A stretch of DNA of 64,000 bases from Antechinus flavipes. Lineage: Eukaryota. Location of the stretch: contig NC_067401.1 in assembly GCF_016432865.1 (NCBI RefSeq), positions 142,166,001 to 142,230,000 of the forward strand, read 5' to 3'. Every line of letters begins with the position of its first letter. The stretch's first letter is position 1. The position numbers and the translations under genes are program-made. The notes under the pieces are model-generated. The model saw only the letters and a program-made list of their open reading frames with translations. It had not been told where the DNA came from and did no database searches. Below are positions 50,946-63,371 of the stretch, in pieces.

Positions 50946-52982
50946 ATTATAAATATAGGATAATATTTATAAGGTAGTAGCTATTATTATTCATAACCTA
51001 CATATATAATATGCATATGTATATATTTCTGACATAGAGTAGCACTTCTTAAATATTGATTAATTGACTGATCACTAGGTGTTTGACATAGGCAGGTCAC
51101 TCAGTCGGTATTGGTCAAGAGACTCGTGACACAATTATGAAATCACAGGTCCTTAACATAAAGGTCTGTGTAGATTCCCTGACAAAACCAGCTGAATAAT
51201 CTTGACAACCTCTGGTGGTTTTTTTCTTTCTGGCAGGAATAATGATATGAAAGAAGATTTCTGTTCTCTTAGTTAACCAAGAACTGGATTTTAAAGGTTG
51301 CCACATCAATACCTAGTTGGGTTATTTTTTTGGGGAACCACATTCTGTACTTTCCCTCTGCCCTTTCCCCAGCAATGAATCCTGACCCACAAAATGTAGA
51401 GTCCTTCATTCTAGAGTAGAAAACTAAAATCTCAGATTCAGCTTAATAGTATATATAGCTTATAAATTCTTGGTTTTGGCAAACCATTTTTCCTCTGCAG
51501 CACTCCATTTCCTCACTTGTAAGTAAAAAGGATGATTTGCGATTCCTTCTCCCCCGAGAATTTAGGATTCCGAGCCTAAGTGTCTAATTAGGGCTCCTAT
51601 CAACTAATCAGTCAATCAATCAATAAACATTTATTAAGCAACTACTATGTGCCAGGCACATGCTTAATGCTGAGAATAAAAAAAAAAAAGACCAAAGATA
51701 GTCCTTGTTCTCCAGGAGCTCACAATCTAATGACATTTATCTACTAGAGGAAAAATATTTTTTCAGTCTTCAAGAAGATTTCATTTATGAAAATCAAAAA
51801 GGTATTGTAATTAAAGAAAACTCTACCAAAAGTTTCATTGAACTTTGCCAATGGGTCCCCTAAAACAATGTTCCATCTATAGCATAGATCTGCTCTGTAT
51901 CCACTTTGTGAATAGTGACTGAAGGGTCATTTTATAGAACTTTAGCATTCTATTAGGAGTATTGGCCATTGGGTCCAACTGACACCAGAAAAACATTTTC
52001 TTCTAAGAATATACAAGTGAGTGAGTACAGCTTGAGAATTGGAAGGGACCCTAGAGGTTGAGTCTAAATCCCTAATTTTACAGATGGGAAAATTGAGGTT
52101 CACAGAAGATGTAATGATCCATGATCACAAAAGCCAGCATTTGAACCCCACTTAGGTCATCCAGCTTGTTTGAAGACCTCCTGAAAGTTGGGTTGGGGGT
52201 TGGGGAGGGAGACACCCTACGTCCCGAGGCAGTCCATTTCACTTCTGCATACTTTTTAATTGTTAGGAAGTTTCCCCTTATTTCCAGTCTCTTTGCAACG
52301 CCCACCTGTTGCTCCCAGATCTGCCCCCTGGGGCCAAATAGAACCAGTCTAATCCTTCTTCCAGGTGATTGGTTTTCAAATACTTGAAGACAGATATCAT
52401 GTCCCTCTACCTCCTCCTCCTTCCCCAGGTATTCTCTTCTCCAGGCTAAGCATGCCCAGTCCTGTCAACTCATCCTCGTATGGCATGAACTTGAGGCCCT
52501 TCAGCACCTGCTTGTTCTCTTTGGACAAGCTTGTTATTGTCCTTCCTAAGGTATGATGTATGGGACCCAGTTCCGATAAGGGGTCCTGGGCGTGCCAGAG
52601 TAGAGTGAACTCCTCCTCAGTCCTGGAAGCCCAAGCCTGCATCAGGTTTTTTGGGACATCCCATAAAATTACCTCATCTTGAGCTTGCAGTCCACTACCA
52701 ACAAGTCCCAGATCTTCTTTGGGTTTGGGGTTCTCTGGCCAATGCCATTTCCAGCTGCTACTTGTGAGGTTGATTTTTTGAACCAATATGTAAGACTTTT
52801 ACATTTATTCCTGTTACCTTTCAACTTGATTCAGTGCAGTGATCTAACCTGCCTTTTTGAATCCTGCTTTATCCAGTATATTGCCTCTCTTCCAGCTTCA
52901 TTTTATTTAAAAAATTGATCAGCATGTCATCTGTTTCTTTATCCAAGAAATTGTTAAAAATGTTAAATAGCTTGGGACCAAG

Positions 52983-53215
52983 AACAGCTAGGTGGTGCAG
53001 TGCCTAGAGCAACTGGGGATTGGGGTCAAGAAGACCTGAGTTTAAACCTCTTAAAACTCAGGCACTTACACACTGGGTGATTATGGACAAATCACTTAAT
53101 CCTGTTTGCCTCAGTTTCCTCATCTGTCAAATAAGCTGGAGAAGGAAATGGCAAAAGAAACACTCCAGTATCTTTGACAAGAAAACTTCAAATGGAGACA
53201 TGAAGAATTGAACAT
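52983..53215 (+). mobile_element. MAR1-type CORE SINE (near full length)
   Basis: tRNA-like head cagctaggtggtgcagtg...gacctgagtttaaa, CORE domain and RTE-derived tail. Confidence 0.85.
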
Positions 53216-53252
53216 TACCAAGAACTTTATATTACTGTTTCCCTCTTCTATT

Positions 53253-53460
53253 AGTAGTTTTCAGACCTTTAAACTCTTTAAACTCTTAAAAATTATTGAA
53301 GATCGCCAAAGAGCTTTGGTTTATGTCAGTTATATCTATTGATATTTACTATATTAGAGATTAAAATATCAGTATTATAAAAATAGTTTTGAACTTGTGG
53401 ACTCTTTGAAAAGGTCTGAGGAACCTACTATAGTCCCTGGTCCACACTTTGAGAAAGTCT
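53253..53460 (-). mobile_element. hAT Charlie1-like non-autonomous element
   Basis: The minus strand begins actttctcaaagtgtggacc and includes aatatcaatagatataac...aaagctctttgg...caataatttttaagag. Confidence 0.6.
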
Positions 53461-54025
53461 ATCCCATACCATGTCTTTCCATATTCTTGATTCGTTGGTG
53501 AGTTTCCTGCACATTAATTTGTCTTTGGACAACTTCTTCCTTCATATCAAAATGGCTTCTTTTTTTGTCTCCCAGATGTCATTTAAAGCAGTTTCCTGCC
53601 TTTTTAGGCTGGAATAAGTCTATTATAGTAATACATTTGAATGCATTAGGTCCAATTTTTGAATCTTTTAAAATCTATTCTTCTCAAATGCCTGATAGGG
53701 AATCTGTCAGAATGTCTGCAGTTTATCCTTCCTCTATCACCCGCTCTTAGAGTGATCACTTTCCCCTAAGATTTCCATCATTTCCATCTCAGCAGCCAAT
53801 TTCTTTCTGTTGATTCGAGACAAATCAAGAATAGAATTTCTCCTTGTTGGCTCCTGGATGGTTGACCAGTGCTTCTTTAATCTTTTAGAGTCATGAAGAC
53901 AGGCAATCTAATGAGACAGAGAAAGCTAAGCCAGAGGGAGGATCACAAGATGAAACTCGCAAAGACAGGTCCTCCAGCTGCCTTTACCACAATTACTCCT
54001 GTCTAGGGTTCTGAGAGGTGTTATC

Positions 54026-54225
54026 GCTGTTTGGTTGTGTCCGACTCTTTGTGACCCTATTTGGGGTTTTCTTGGCAGATTACCATTTCCTTCTCCAGAT
54101 CATTTGACAGATGAGAACACTGAGGCAAAAAAGTGACTTACCCAGATCACACAGCTAGTAAGTGTCTGAGCTGGGTTTCAGCTCACAAAGATGAGTAACT
54201 CCAGGACTGGTACTTTATCCACTGA
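54026..54225 (-). mobile_element. MAR1-type CORE SINE
   Basis: gtgtccgactctttgtgaccctatttggggttttcttggcag...acagctagtaagtgtctgag. Confidence 0.8.
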
Positions 54226-55828
54226 GAACAATGGAGAGGGAAGGATTTCAGACAACTTGTAAAAAATGGCTTCAGGAGATTATAAAATAGAGTGAGATAC
54301 TGAACCTCAAGCCCAGGATTTTTCTGGGAGAGAAAAATTAATAGCTGTTCTTTCCAGTGGATTAATTAAAAAATATAAAAATATTAACTTTCCTGCGGCT
54401 TGTGTGAGTTATGGTCTTTACTAGCTTTCAAGCAGACTGAGGTCTAAGCCTTTTGCTAAAGGGCTAACCCCGGTTACCTATAGATGATCCTGGAACAGTT
54501 AAATGGGATATTGACAAGGTTTCTTAATTTCTAGTCTCCAGGTTGTAATCCATGTAGCGGTAGCTATTTATCACTACGTAGGAGACCTTGGGAAAGTGGA
54601 TTAATAAATCTGGACCTCAGTTTCTTGATTCTTAAAGGGTGAGGTTCAATATGCAAAACATGTTATGAATGAAAGATACCCTCACAGTGTTCTCAGAGAA
54701 TCAATTAAGCAGAATCATTTCCTTCAGGTTAGGATTTCTCAGTGATAGAAAACTCAAGTCTATACTTTTAATGACCTTTTCCCCTATCACATTTTAAGGG
54801 TTTGCTTTAAGGTATATTTTGGAGACAAAGCATCAAACCAGTTAGGTTGGCCTTGGGTCCCCATCTAAGATAATTCATCATGGAAACATTGATTGATCTC
54901 TTCCTTTCCAAGTAGAATGAGAAATACCTGTTTGGGGAAGATGGGCCAGATAACTAACTCCTCAGGCAGCCTCATAAGCATAGGCTCCATGAAAGGAGCT
55001 TTTTGATTTGAAAATCAAAAGCCCTGAGAAGACTGAGACAGGTAAACCACTGAGCTCATGATTTAAAGACAGAAGTGGTCTTAACACAGACAACCTCGAC
55101 TTAAATGTTGGTCAAATGAATTAATGAATTTTAAACCATTGCCTAGGTATACAAACCAGTTCCAAATCATCCTTGCAGAGAATTATAAAGCATTTTATTA
55201 GCTCACAAATCTTCCTTTCCTGCTAAAAGTGCAGAGACAATAAAGTGAATCAAATCATTGCTCTTTAATACATATCCTGTAAAGCTTCTACTTGTTCAGG
55301 ACAAGTAGCTATTTGTTTTTTAACCTCATTTTCATCTTTGTACCAATGACTAAGAATTTCATGGACACAACACCAGGCTTTGGGTAGAGAAGAGTTTGAT
55401 TGATTGGATGGATGAGGAGCTATTGGCAAGGATGACGAGTGTCCTGCAGTCACTATAAAATACGCTGGAATCCTTTCTCCTAATATTCCAACCAATCCAA
55501 CATCCATGTATGTCAGACTACTAGGGTAGCCAGCATAGATCCCTTCCATATCTGGTCTTATGATGTTTTATTTGTTAGATTCCATATTTGTTAAATCTTA
55601 CAAAATAAAAACCTTTTTACTTTGTTGTCCCCAAGGCTACCAGATTTTCCAAGTAGCTGTTGCATAGTGCTAAAAATCCTTAATGAATGAAATTAGAGCT
55701 GCTATTAAGTTGGGAATGTTAGTGGAGCAGATAGAATAAACAAGTTTTATTTTCACACCCAAATGGGTGGTCTCCCAAGAACATGAGATCTTCCCTTTTC
55801 AGTCTTTCTCATTTTTTTTTCCCCAAAG

Positions 55829-56696
55829 GGCACTGGGAGCAGGTGAAGCATGTGGCTGGGAGGATTGACCACAGTCCCACGGGAAAGCCAGGATCGACAG
55901 CCAGGACCCATGCTCACAGCATCGAAGAACGTTGAACAAAACAGACTAATGTCAGATGCACACGTGGTAAATTACCTGGACCTAACCCACCCAATGAATG
56001 GGACTTATTCCTCCTTCCTTTTCCTCAAGATTTTCACCCTATTCTGGATGTTCGGTTTTTTTTTTTTGTTTGTTTGTTTTTGTTTTTGTTTTTTGTTTTT
56101 AAAGAAGGGGCTTCTCTTTGGTTCTCTAGGGTCTGACAGGCACAGACCTCAGAGTTAATCTTTGCACATGTTAAGAGAAAATTAAAATTAAAAAAAAAAA
56201 GTCAGCTCCAGCAGGACAGGCTGGGCTGATCTGAGCTCTCTGCCTGATAACAACAATCCCTGGTTTCAAACTGTTACTTATAAGGGGTTTCCTAAATGTC
56301 TTCGAGGTGGGAATTAGGAGGCAGGACAGCCCCTTGTGGTATCCTCTTCTCTAACTGCTCCCATCCAAATGTGACATCCCTTTACGTGCTGGTGAAAAGC
56401 CATAGTTTTAGTGAGGATAAAGTGATAGGTTGGGCCAAGGCTGGGCTGGAAGAGGCTTTTGAACTTTTAAGCACCTGCTAAGCTGCCCAAATAGCAGCGG
56501 TTCATTATTGTCTCATTTTTTCCAGAGGGCTGTTCTGCTTAAGAAGCATTTATGAACAATAGATGCAAAACCCAAAGTCTCTGGGTAAAGAGGTTTCACC
56601 TGAAAATGCAGTCAAGTGGTTTTTTGTGAACTGGCAATGTGGGCAAGGCTTGTTCACCAGCTCTGATGGAGTCTTACAGAAGTCTTTATGAGCCTA

Positions 56697-56767
<71 letters not shown>

Positions 56768-57605
56768 GCCCCCTCCCTCACTTTAGTTGTAGGAATGAGA
56801 AGTATTCTTGTTTCCTGTGAAATAAGGACAATTCCCTCTCCCCCCCAACAACTGTCTATACCTTTCTTTGACATATATAAGGAAAAATTCAATCCAATGA
56901 AAAGCTCATCAATAACACTTTTCTTCCCTTTACTTTTACTCAGAAGCAGTACTTAGAACATTGACTTATCATACAGCCCTTGATTTTGACATAATCCATT
57001 CACAACAGGCAGGTTTGATCTTCTTGGTCCACAGATTATTGGAATGCACTTAGTAAGATCAATTACCCAGCCTTCGAACAATTTTATGTCTCCTATGGAT
57101 TACTGAACTACAGGCAAATTATTGATTTTTTTATGGGGGTGGGGTGGGCTGGGGGGAACTTTTACAAAAGTGTATAGGAAGAGGATTCAGGGAAGAAAGA
57201 AGAAAGTTATTTTCTATTTGAGCTACCACATTCTTAGAGCCAGGGTCAGGAGACAATGAATAGCACTCTCCTTGTTCTCTAAGATGGCCTACACCATTAC
57301 CTAGGAGCCTCGCATGCATCCACTTCCACCTGTTCCCCCTTCCTCCACCTCCCCTATAAGGAGCCTGAATGCTCCCTCCACCTCACCTTAGACTGCCAAG
57401 TATTAAACCAAGATGACTTGGTGATGCTTGCCATAAGTGGTACATATTTTAAAAGCAGCCTTTTCATACCTATGTATTCTATATTAAAAGTGATAAAAAA
57501 AAGTCATGTTTTTGGGGAGTATTCCAGTAGCTGACTTAATTATTTAATAATAGTACATTGATTACATTGTAATTATTCTTGCTGTAGTCAGGTATTAGTA
57601 TCATG
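55829..57605 (+). other. WNT3: WNT3 non-coding last exon (3'UTR), 3' end hidden in N gap
   Basis: Blocks such as CACGTGGTAAAT, TTCTCTAGGGTCTGA, ATCTTTGCACATGTTAA, CTCACCTTAGACTG, TATGTATTCTATATTAAAAGTGATAAA and TTATTTAATAATAGTACAT match the human WNT3 3'UTR as recalled. No poly(A) site is visible before the gap. Confidence 0.8.
56701..56763. repeat. (TC)n microsatellite inside the WNT3 3'UTR
   Basis: About 31 perfect units. Confidence 0.95.
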
Positions 57606-60474
57606 NNNNNNNNNNNNNNNNNNNNNNNNNNNNNNNNNNNNNNNNNNNNNNNNNNNNNNNNNNNNNNNNNNNNNNNNNNNNNNNNNNNNNNNNNNNNNNN
57701 NNNNNNNNNNNNNNNNNNNNNNNNNNNNNNNNNNNNNNNNNNNNNNNNNNNNNNNNNNNNNNNNNNNNNNNNNNNNNNNNNNNNNNNNNNNNNNNNNNNN
57801 NNNNNNNNNNNNNNNNNNNNNNNNNNNNNNNNNNNNNNNNNNNNNNNNNNNNNNNNNNNCACGTGGTTACAGTCTGTGTACTTTACAGATGAACTCTCAC
57901 AAGGCCAAGAATACGAAATTCCATGCATAGCGACCTTAGCTGGAAGTCCCTGGCCCCAGCTCAAGGTTCTTTCCCCTACTCCTTTGGAAGAATATTCTAA
58001 ACAGAATTTCACATAGTAAAGTCTGAATTACTAGCAATGAAAAGTTACCAGAGGCAAGCTCCTGCTTATTGCATATATGCATGCAATAGACATAATTTAC
58101 AAGTTGTAAAATTGATAACATTGGGTATTAATTAAGTTTATAGGGACTATTATTACCTTTTATTTAAGGACTTTACAATTTGGACAGCATTATTTTATCT
58201 TCTGTTAAGCTGAAATTTTGCAGCCTGTTTAAAAAAAAAAAAAAACCAGACATATTTCCTTCCATAAAAATGGAGAGGATCTATATTCTGGAAACTTTCA
58301 GGATCTCCTGTCTTATCTGAAACTATTTTGTTTGGAAACAGATAAGACGGGAGTTTTGATGGGGTAAAAAGGAGATCACTGGGTCAATAATGTACCAAAA
58401 ATTCTACAAGTGCCATTGGATGCTCACCAATTTTAGTCCCTTCAGAAATATTTTCAGTTTACAATTTACTGGGAATTTTGTAAGGGAAGCCCATGGGAAT
58501 ACAGAATTTGCTTTGCAAGCACCTCTGATAAAATTGTTTATATTCTGTAAAATAAAGAATGCTGGTATTGGAGAATATTCTGTAAAATGCCACTAACAGT
58601 AGTTTCCTCTAGGCCCCACCATAAGGAATAAGTCATAGAAAGAAAATGGTTGGTGATTGAGGAATGGCATTCCAAGTCTCTTAATTTCAGGGAATACAGG
58701 TTCATTATAATTTCTACATTGGCCTGGGCAGTAAGAATAGGAATTCTCAGTAGGTATATTCCAGGTGGGCAGGCTTCTGTTTCTTGGCTTGAAATCCAAA
58801 GTTAATCTAAGTATGAGATTCTATAATTCAGAATAGGGTATAGTTCTTCCAGTTTTTAGAACCAAATGCAAAATTCTACCTTTAAAAAATATAGTGATTT
58901 TAAAGCTCAAAAAATGCTTTCATATTTACATTATACAATTTATTTATTCTGCATTTTCTCTTTATCAAACAACCTTTAGAATTTACACTAATCAGGATAG
59001 AGGATGGATCGATGTTCACCAGTGTACCCCTAATAAAGTTTGGAGAGAATGTTTTCCCATTCTTTTGTAACTGTAATTGGTGAGCTAGATTAATTTTGAT
59101 CAATTTAAGTTAGACAACCTCAGGATTACTGTATCCTTCTAAGGTATCACATCTCTCAGAACACAACTGGGGGGAAACTGAGCCATAGGAGGATAAGGTG
59201 AAAGAAATAGCATGTTTAACTTGGAATAGTGAGGACACGGGATGGGGGAGGGTGGAGGGTGTGAAAAGGAACATGATAGTTGTCTTATTTGAAAGGCTGT
59301 CATCTGGGAGATTATGTTCTACGTAACCCCAGGGGGCAAAACTATCAGCAGAGTGTGGAGGTTTAAAGACAGTCAAGATTTTACTTCGATAGAAAGTTTC
59401 TCAATAACTGGAATTTTGTAAAAGTGGAAGGGGCAAGAAGTAGTTGTAATCCCAACCTTGTTCCCCAACCTCCCCCACCCACCCAATTCCTTAAGGTCTT
59501 AACATAAGGAATGGATAACCAGTCTGTGTGAATGTCTCTCTTATGGATTGATGAAAGGCTACTGACAAACTGCAGCGTGCCCCGAGGAGACTCGCCATGT
59601 CCTAGCAAGACAGATTGAAGGAACTAAGGAATATAATTTTCCTCATTTTGCAAGCAGAGTAACTTAAGTGCAGTTTCATGGGTGACAAAATGGCCACAAA
59701 GAATTAAGAGAAAGCAAGGAAATGTACAATTTTTGTTTGTGCTGGAAAGCAAATTAACTGGGGAAACTATGCCTGCTTTTATTGATTCTCTCGTCTCTCA
59801 TCCCATTTTCCATCTAACCAGCACCCTCCCTGCAAAAAATAAAAATAAACTCTGAGGAGCACTTTTCGAGGAGGGGGGGGTTCATGATGTTCCTATTCAT
59901 TTTATGCTCCTGAAGAAGTAAAGAATTGGGATTATATGAGGGAAGCTTTTAGTCACTGGCCTCTTTCTCACCTTTTTCCAAATTTTATGGTATGTTCATA
60001 TAGGAAGGATTCTTGTTGATCAGAGGTGATATCTTTTGAACTTGAATGCAGTTCCTGAATACAACATATACAGTCTCAGGAGGCTTATTTCAAGAACATG
60101 GTTCTGGCAGTATCTGAGAGAACAGAAATTGGCTATAGTTTAGCATCTGAATTTAAAATTCACATATAACCTTCGTATTACTGGTACAAACTTTTCATCG
60201 CTCCATTACTTTGAAGAGATTTGCAACCAAGCTAGCAGAGAAAGAAAAGGAAAAAACCTTTGTACTTAAGACTGGGGTCGTCCTTACAGGCTTTAGACAA
60301 AATGTGTTTACCAGCAGTTGTGTTCAGACACTGAAAAGCTGGGTTTAGTAACTTGTGATTGAAACACAAAGGAGAGTTTCAAAATAGTAGTATTAAAAAA
60401 AAGAGAGAGAAATGAAAAGATTCCCTGAAGCAAAGCAGATTTACATTATTTTGAAGATAATTATGCTACTTGCA

Positions 60475-60650
60475 AGGTGTGCTAGGTACAACTCCAAAAG
60501 GCTCATGAAAGCTGATGGTTAAATTTTTGGTGTGAGAGCACTTACACCTGGAAATCCACATATACTACAAATCAGCTTGATTTACTGTTTTAATGATTGT
60601 CTAGGCTTAAGAAAGGGATGAAGAAAATAATAATAAAATAGATTAAACAG
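60475..60650 (+). mobile_element. MER63-like (hAT-Blackjack) fragment
   Basis: ggctcatgaaagctgatggttaaattttt...cttgatttactgttttaatgattgtctaggcttaagaaag. Family name is from memory. Confidence 0.45.
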
Positions 60651-61744
60651 CAAAGTGGGTATTACACATAGCCCCTGCCTTCTGAGAGATGACCATTGAA
60701 CATTTACTAGCACACTACTGGTATATATCTTTCTATAGTAACAGGTCAACCAAGTATATATAATAAAGTATAAAGCATAAATCACTGCCTGGCCCAAGAG
60801 TTAAGGGTGAGGACTAAAGAGTTTGGGAAATGGTGTGAATAAGACAATAAGCATTTTCCTTTTTTGAAGTTCTAAAAGAAATCTAATAGAAGCTATTTGT
60901 TGTGTTCATCAAGAGAGGAAAATGAATGCTATCAGTTCCCTGTCACTCTAAAAATGAGTCGTGTGTTAGCTAACCTCAGATATCTAACTGCCAGGTTCTT
61001 GCTTTTAAGTCATTTTTAGGACTCTTCATCAAGCACATATTTGAAGAAATCTAGTCAAGATTCCCAAGAAAGTGGATTTTCATAGCAAATTTTAGTGTCC
61101 CTCTGAGATTTTTTTGTTTTGGTTTGCTTTATTACTTTGTTTTGTATTTTTCTTGTGGTACAGAATCTTTCTGCCTAAACTCCTTCAGAGTAATTCTAAG
61201 ACCCCCATTCATCAAATTAGGACCCAGATCATTCCAGAAATCTTTAGTCCTGATCTAGACTTCGTCTAGGAGTCTAACTTCTAAAGAGTTCTGGGAGGCA
61301 ACTAAAGCTCTCTGGGGAGTCTCCAAGAACATATATGAGAACTCTGGAGGGAATCCACTCCTTCCCAATAGGGTTCTTCAAGTAAGAGACTGGAACTGCC
61401 TGATTTGTGTGCTTTATAGAAGGGTCTGGTTCTAATTAAGAAGAGTTTTTCCTTCTAATTTCATTACTTACTTATTGCATGGCTTCTGTACCTCGGTTTC
61501 CCAATGGGAAAAATAAAATAAAGCACTTGCAATTTTACTTGTAGCGCACCTTTTTTTTTTAATATGTAACTTGTGATTGGTAGTAAAAAAAAAAAAAAAA
61601 AGAGAAAGTTAATCACACTTTAAAAACGGTCTATTCTCTACCCTTTGAGAATGAAATGAGTACTTTTGGTCAGTATTTTAATTCTCTTCACAGCATAGCC
61701 AATAGACTACCAACTGTGTAAACAAAGTCACCAGACTGACAAAC

Positions 61745-63371
61745 TTTTGCAAGTATATGTGCTATTTATTGTATCCAGTCAATGGCATTAAATATAACAC
61801 ATTTTCTCAATATATCCTTGGACAGAAGCACAATAAAAACATTTACCTCATTTAACCAGAGACATTAAGTTAATATATTATGTGCTGATTTCCTGGGAAG
61901 AGGAAGTTGCAAGATCTTACACAGAAAGGAGTCACATGGATATTGGCCACTGGAAATCACAAATTTTTACAATATACATAACTGAAAATGAACAGAGGAT
62001 GAATCCCAAAAGAAAGCTGATGACATGCCTAAGACTATGCTAAAAGGAAATCCATCAAGGCCTGGAGAATGATTTGTTCTCCCCTCAGGAGGACAAATGA
62101 CAGAGACCTACATCACGCTGGGGTTGTGAGCTGACCAGGCTAACATCAAGCTCTGTCATTTGGTTTGGGTTGTCTCCCTTTTGAAAGTGGGGGTGGGGGA
62201 GAAAATGGCATGCTCTATAAGCCTCATTACCAAATGAGTTGACCTAATTAAACACATTCTAACTCAGTTATCAGAAGTCACCAAAAAGAAATGAATGCTG
62301 ATCGCCTTGCCCCCTTTGGAAGGAACAGGTAGATGATAACTGAAATTTGACATATTTGCTACGATGAAATCAAAAGATTAGGGGAAAAGGAATATTTTTG
62401 GATATTTCAACTAATAATAATAGTGTATTCTTTAGATACTGCATAGTATAAATAAAGCACTTGGGTAGCTGGACTGTAACATTTAAGATTTCTCACTAAG
62501 GAAAAAAAATTGACATATTAATAAACTTCATAGTGAACTAAGGAACTGGTTCATTTAAAGCTGTCCACTAATTAGCACAAAGAAGTTCCTGAATTATTTT
62601 TTTAACAATCTCTCTGTTTCCCACAAATAACTCTCATGGTTTTTGACAACCATGTAGAGTAACAATAAGCTGAATTCCTCCAAATCAAATAAATAATATT
62701 AAGGAGAAATTCTGCCATCTTCAGCACTAATGCCTCTGCAGTCATATTTTGTTCTCCTAGCAGGAAACATTTTCTGACTGTAGATCATAAACTTCATTTA
62801 AAATGACCAAAGAAAGAGCAAGGGAGAAATTTAGATTCACATGTAAACACATGGCAAGGGTAATAATTGGGTATTCTGGAAATCCATAATCTAATTTTTG
62901 TCTCTGACATTTATATACATCAATAATACATAGAGAATCACATCCCTTCTACAGTACCATTTCTATCCCACTTTCCAGTGACGATTTTGATCTCAGTTAA
63001 ACCAGCCAGATGTTTACTTGCAATGTTCATCAAATCTATTGGTGGCATATGGGGCAAGACATTTGAGATATGTAACGTTAACAAGTAGAGTGCATTCCTT
63101 CCACACCTAAGCACTGAGTGAGAATGTCTTCTCTTAGTCTGCACAGAAATAGAAGCACAACACCCAAGCAACTATTACTTGCCACAAAAACACCAGAGTA
63201 TCTAAAATGAGCATAAAGAATAAGAATATATTGCACTACACATGCAGACTGAGGGCTTATGGAAGGTAGGGTTGCATTTCCGTTTGTCCAGTGCCCTTGA
63301 ATAAGATGCGCGGCTGTCATCTTCACCTTGGTCACTTCCCTTGGTCACTTCACATGATAGACAGTCCTCAT
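61745..63371 (-). other. NSF: NSF 3'UTR (about 1.6 kb)
   Basis: Both ends resemble the recalled human NSF 3'UTR: the proximal tandem GTGACCAAGG, and distal TAAGATCTTGC...TTAACTTAATGTCTC...GTTAAATGAG...AATAAA...ATATACTTG. The 3' end coordinate is approximate. Confidence 0.8.
61765..61770 (-). terminator. NSF: NSF polyadenylation signal AATAAA
   Basis: TTTATT on the + strand at the end of the conserved UTR block, followed on the minus strand by a U/GU-rich stretch. Confidence 0.75.

Larger units (their letters stand above)
52330..53900 (-). mobile_element. L3/CR1 fragment interrupted by a MAR1 SINE and a hAT element
   Basis: Antisense CR1 3' coding region (ttcaaatacttgaagacag...ctcttctccaggctaagcat) continuing after the inserts. 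Confidence 0.65.
43612..55828 (+). other. WNT3: WNT3 3'UTR intron (intron 4), about 12.2 kb
   Basis: Donor GAG|GTAGGA lies 9 nt after the stop. Acceptor is ttctcatttttttttccccaaAG|GGCACTGGG. The downstream sequence matches the recalled start of human WNT3 non-coding exon 5 (GGCGCTGGGAAGGGGTGAAGTGTGTGGCTGGG). Confidence 0.8.

Noticed and set aside
52448-52467. p53 response element (AAGCATGCCC); also AAGCATGCCT at 5991-6000
   Set aside because: Single half-sites with no adequate partner decamer; the 52448 site lies in an L3 relic.
59571-59600. Small CpG cluster as a CTCF or regulatory site
   Set aside because: Poor match to the CTCF consensus and too short to call an island.
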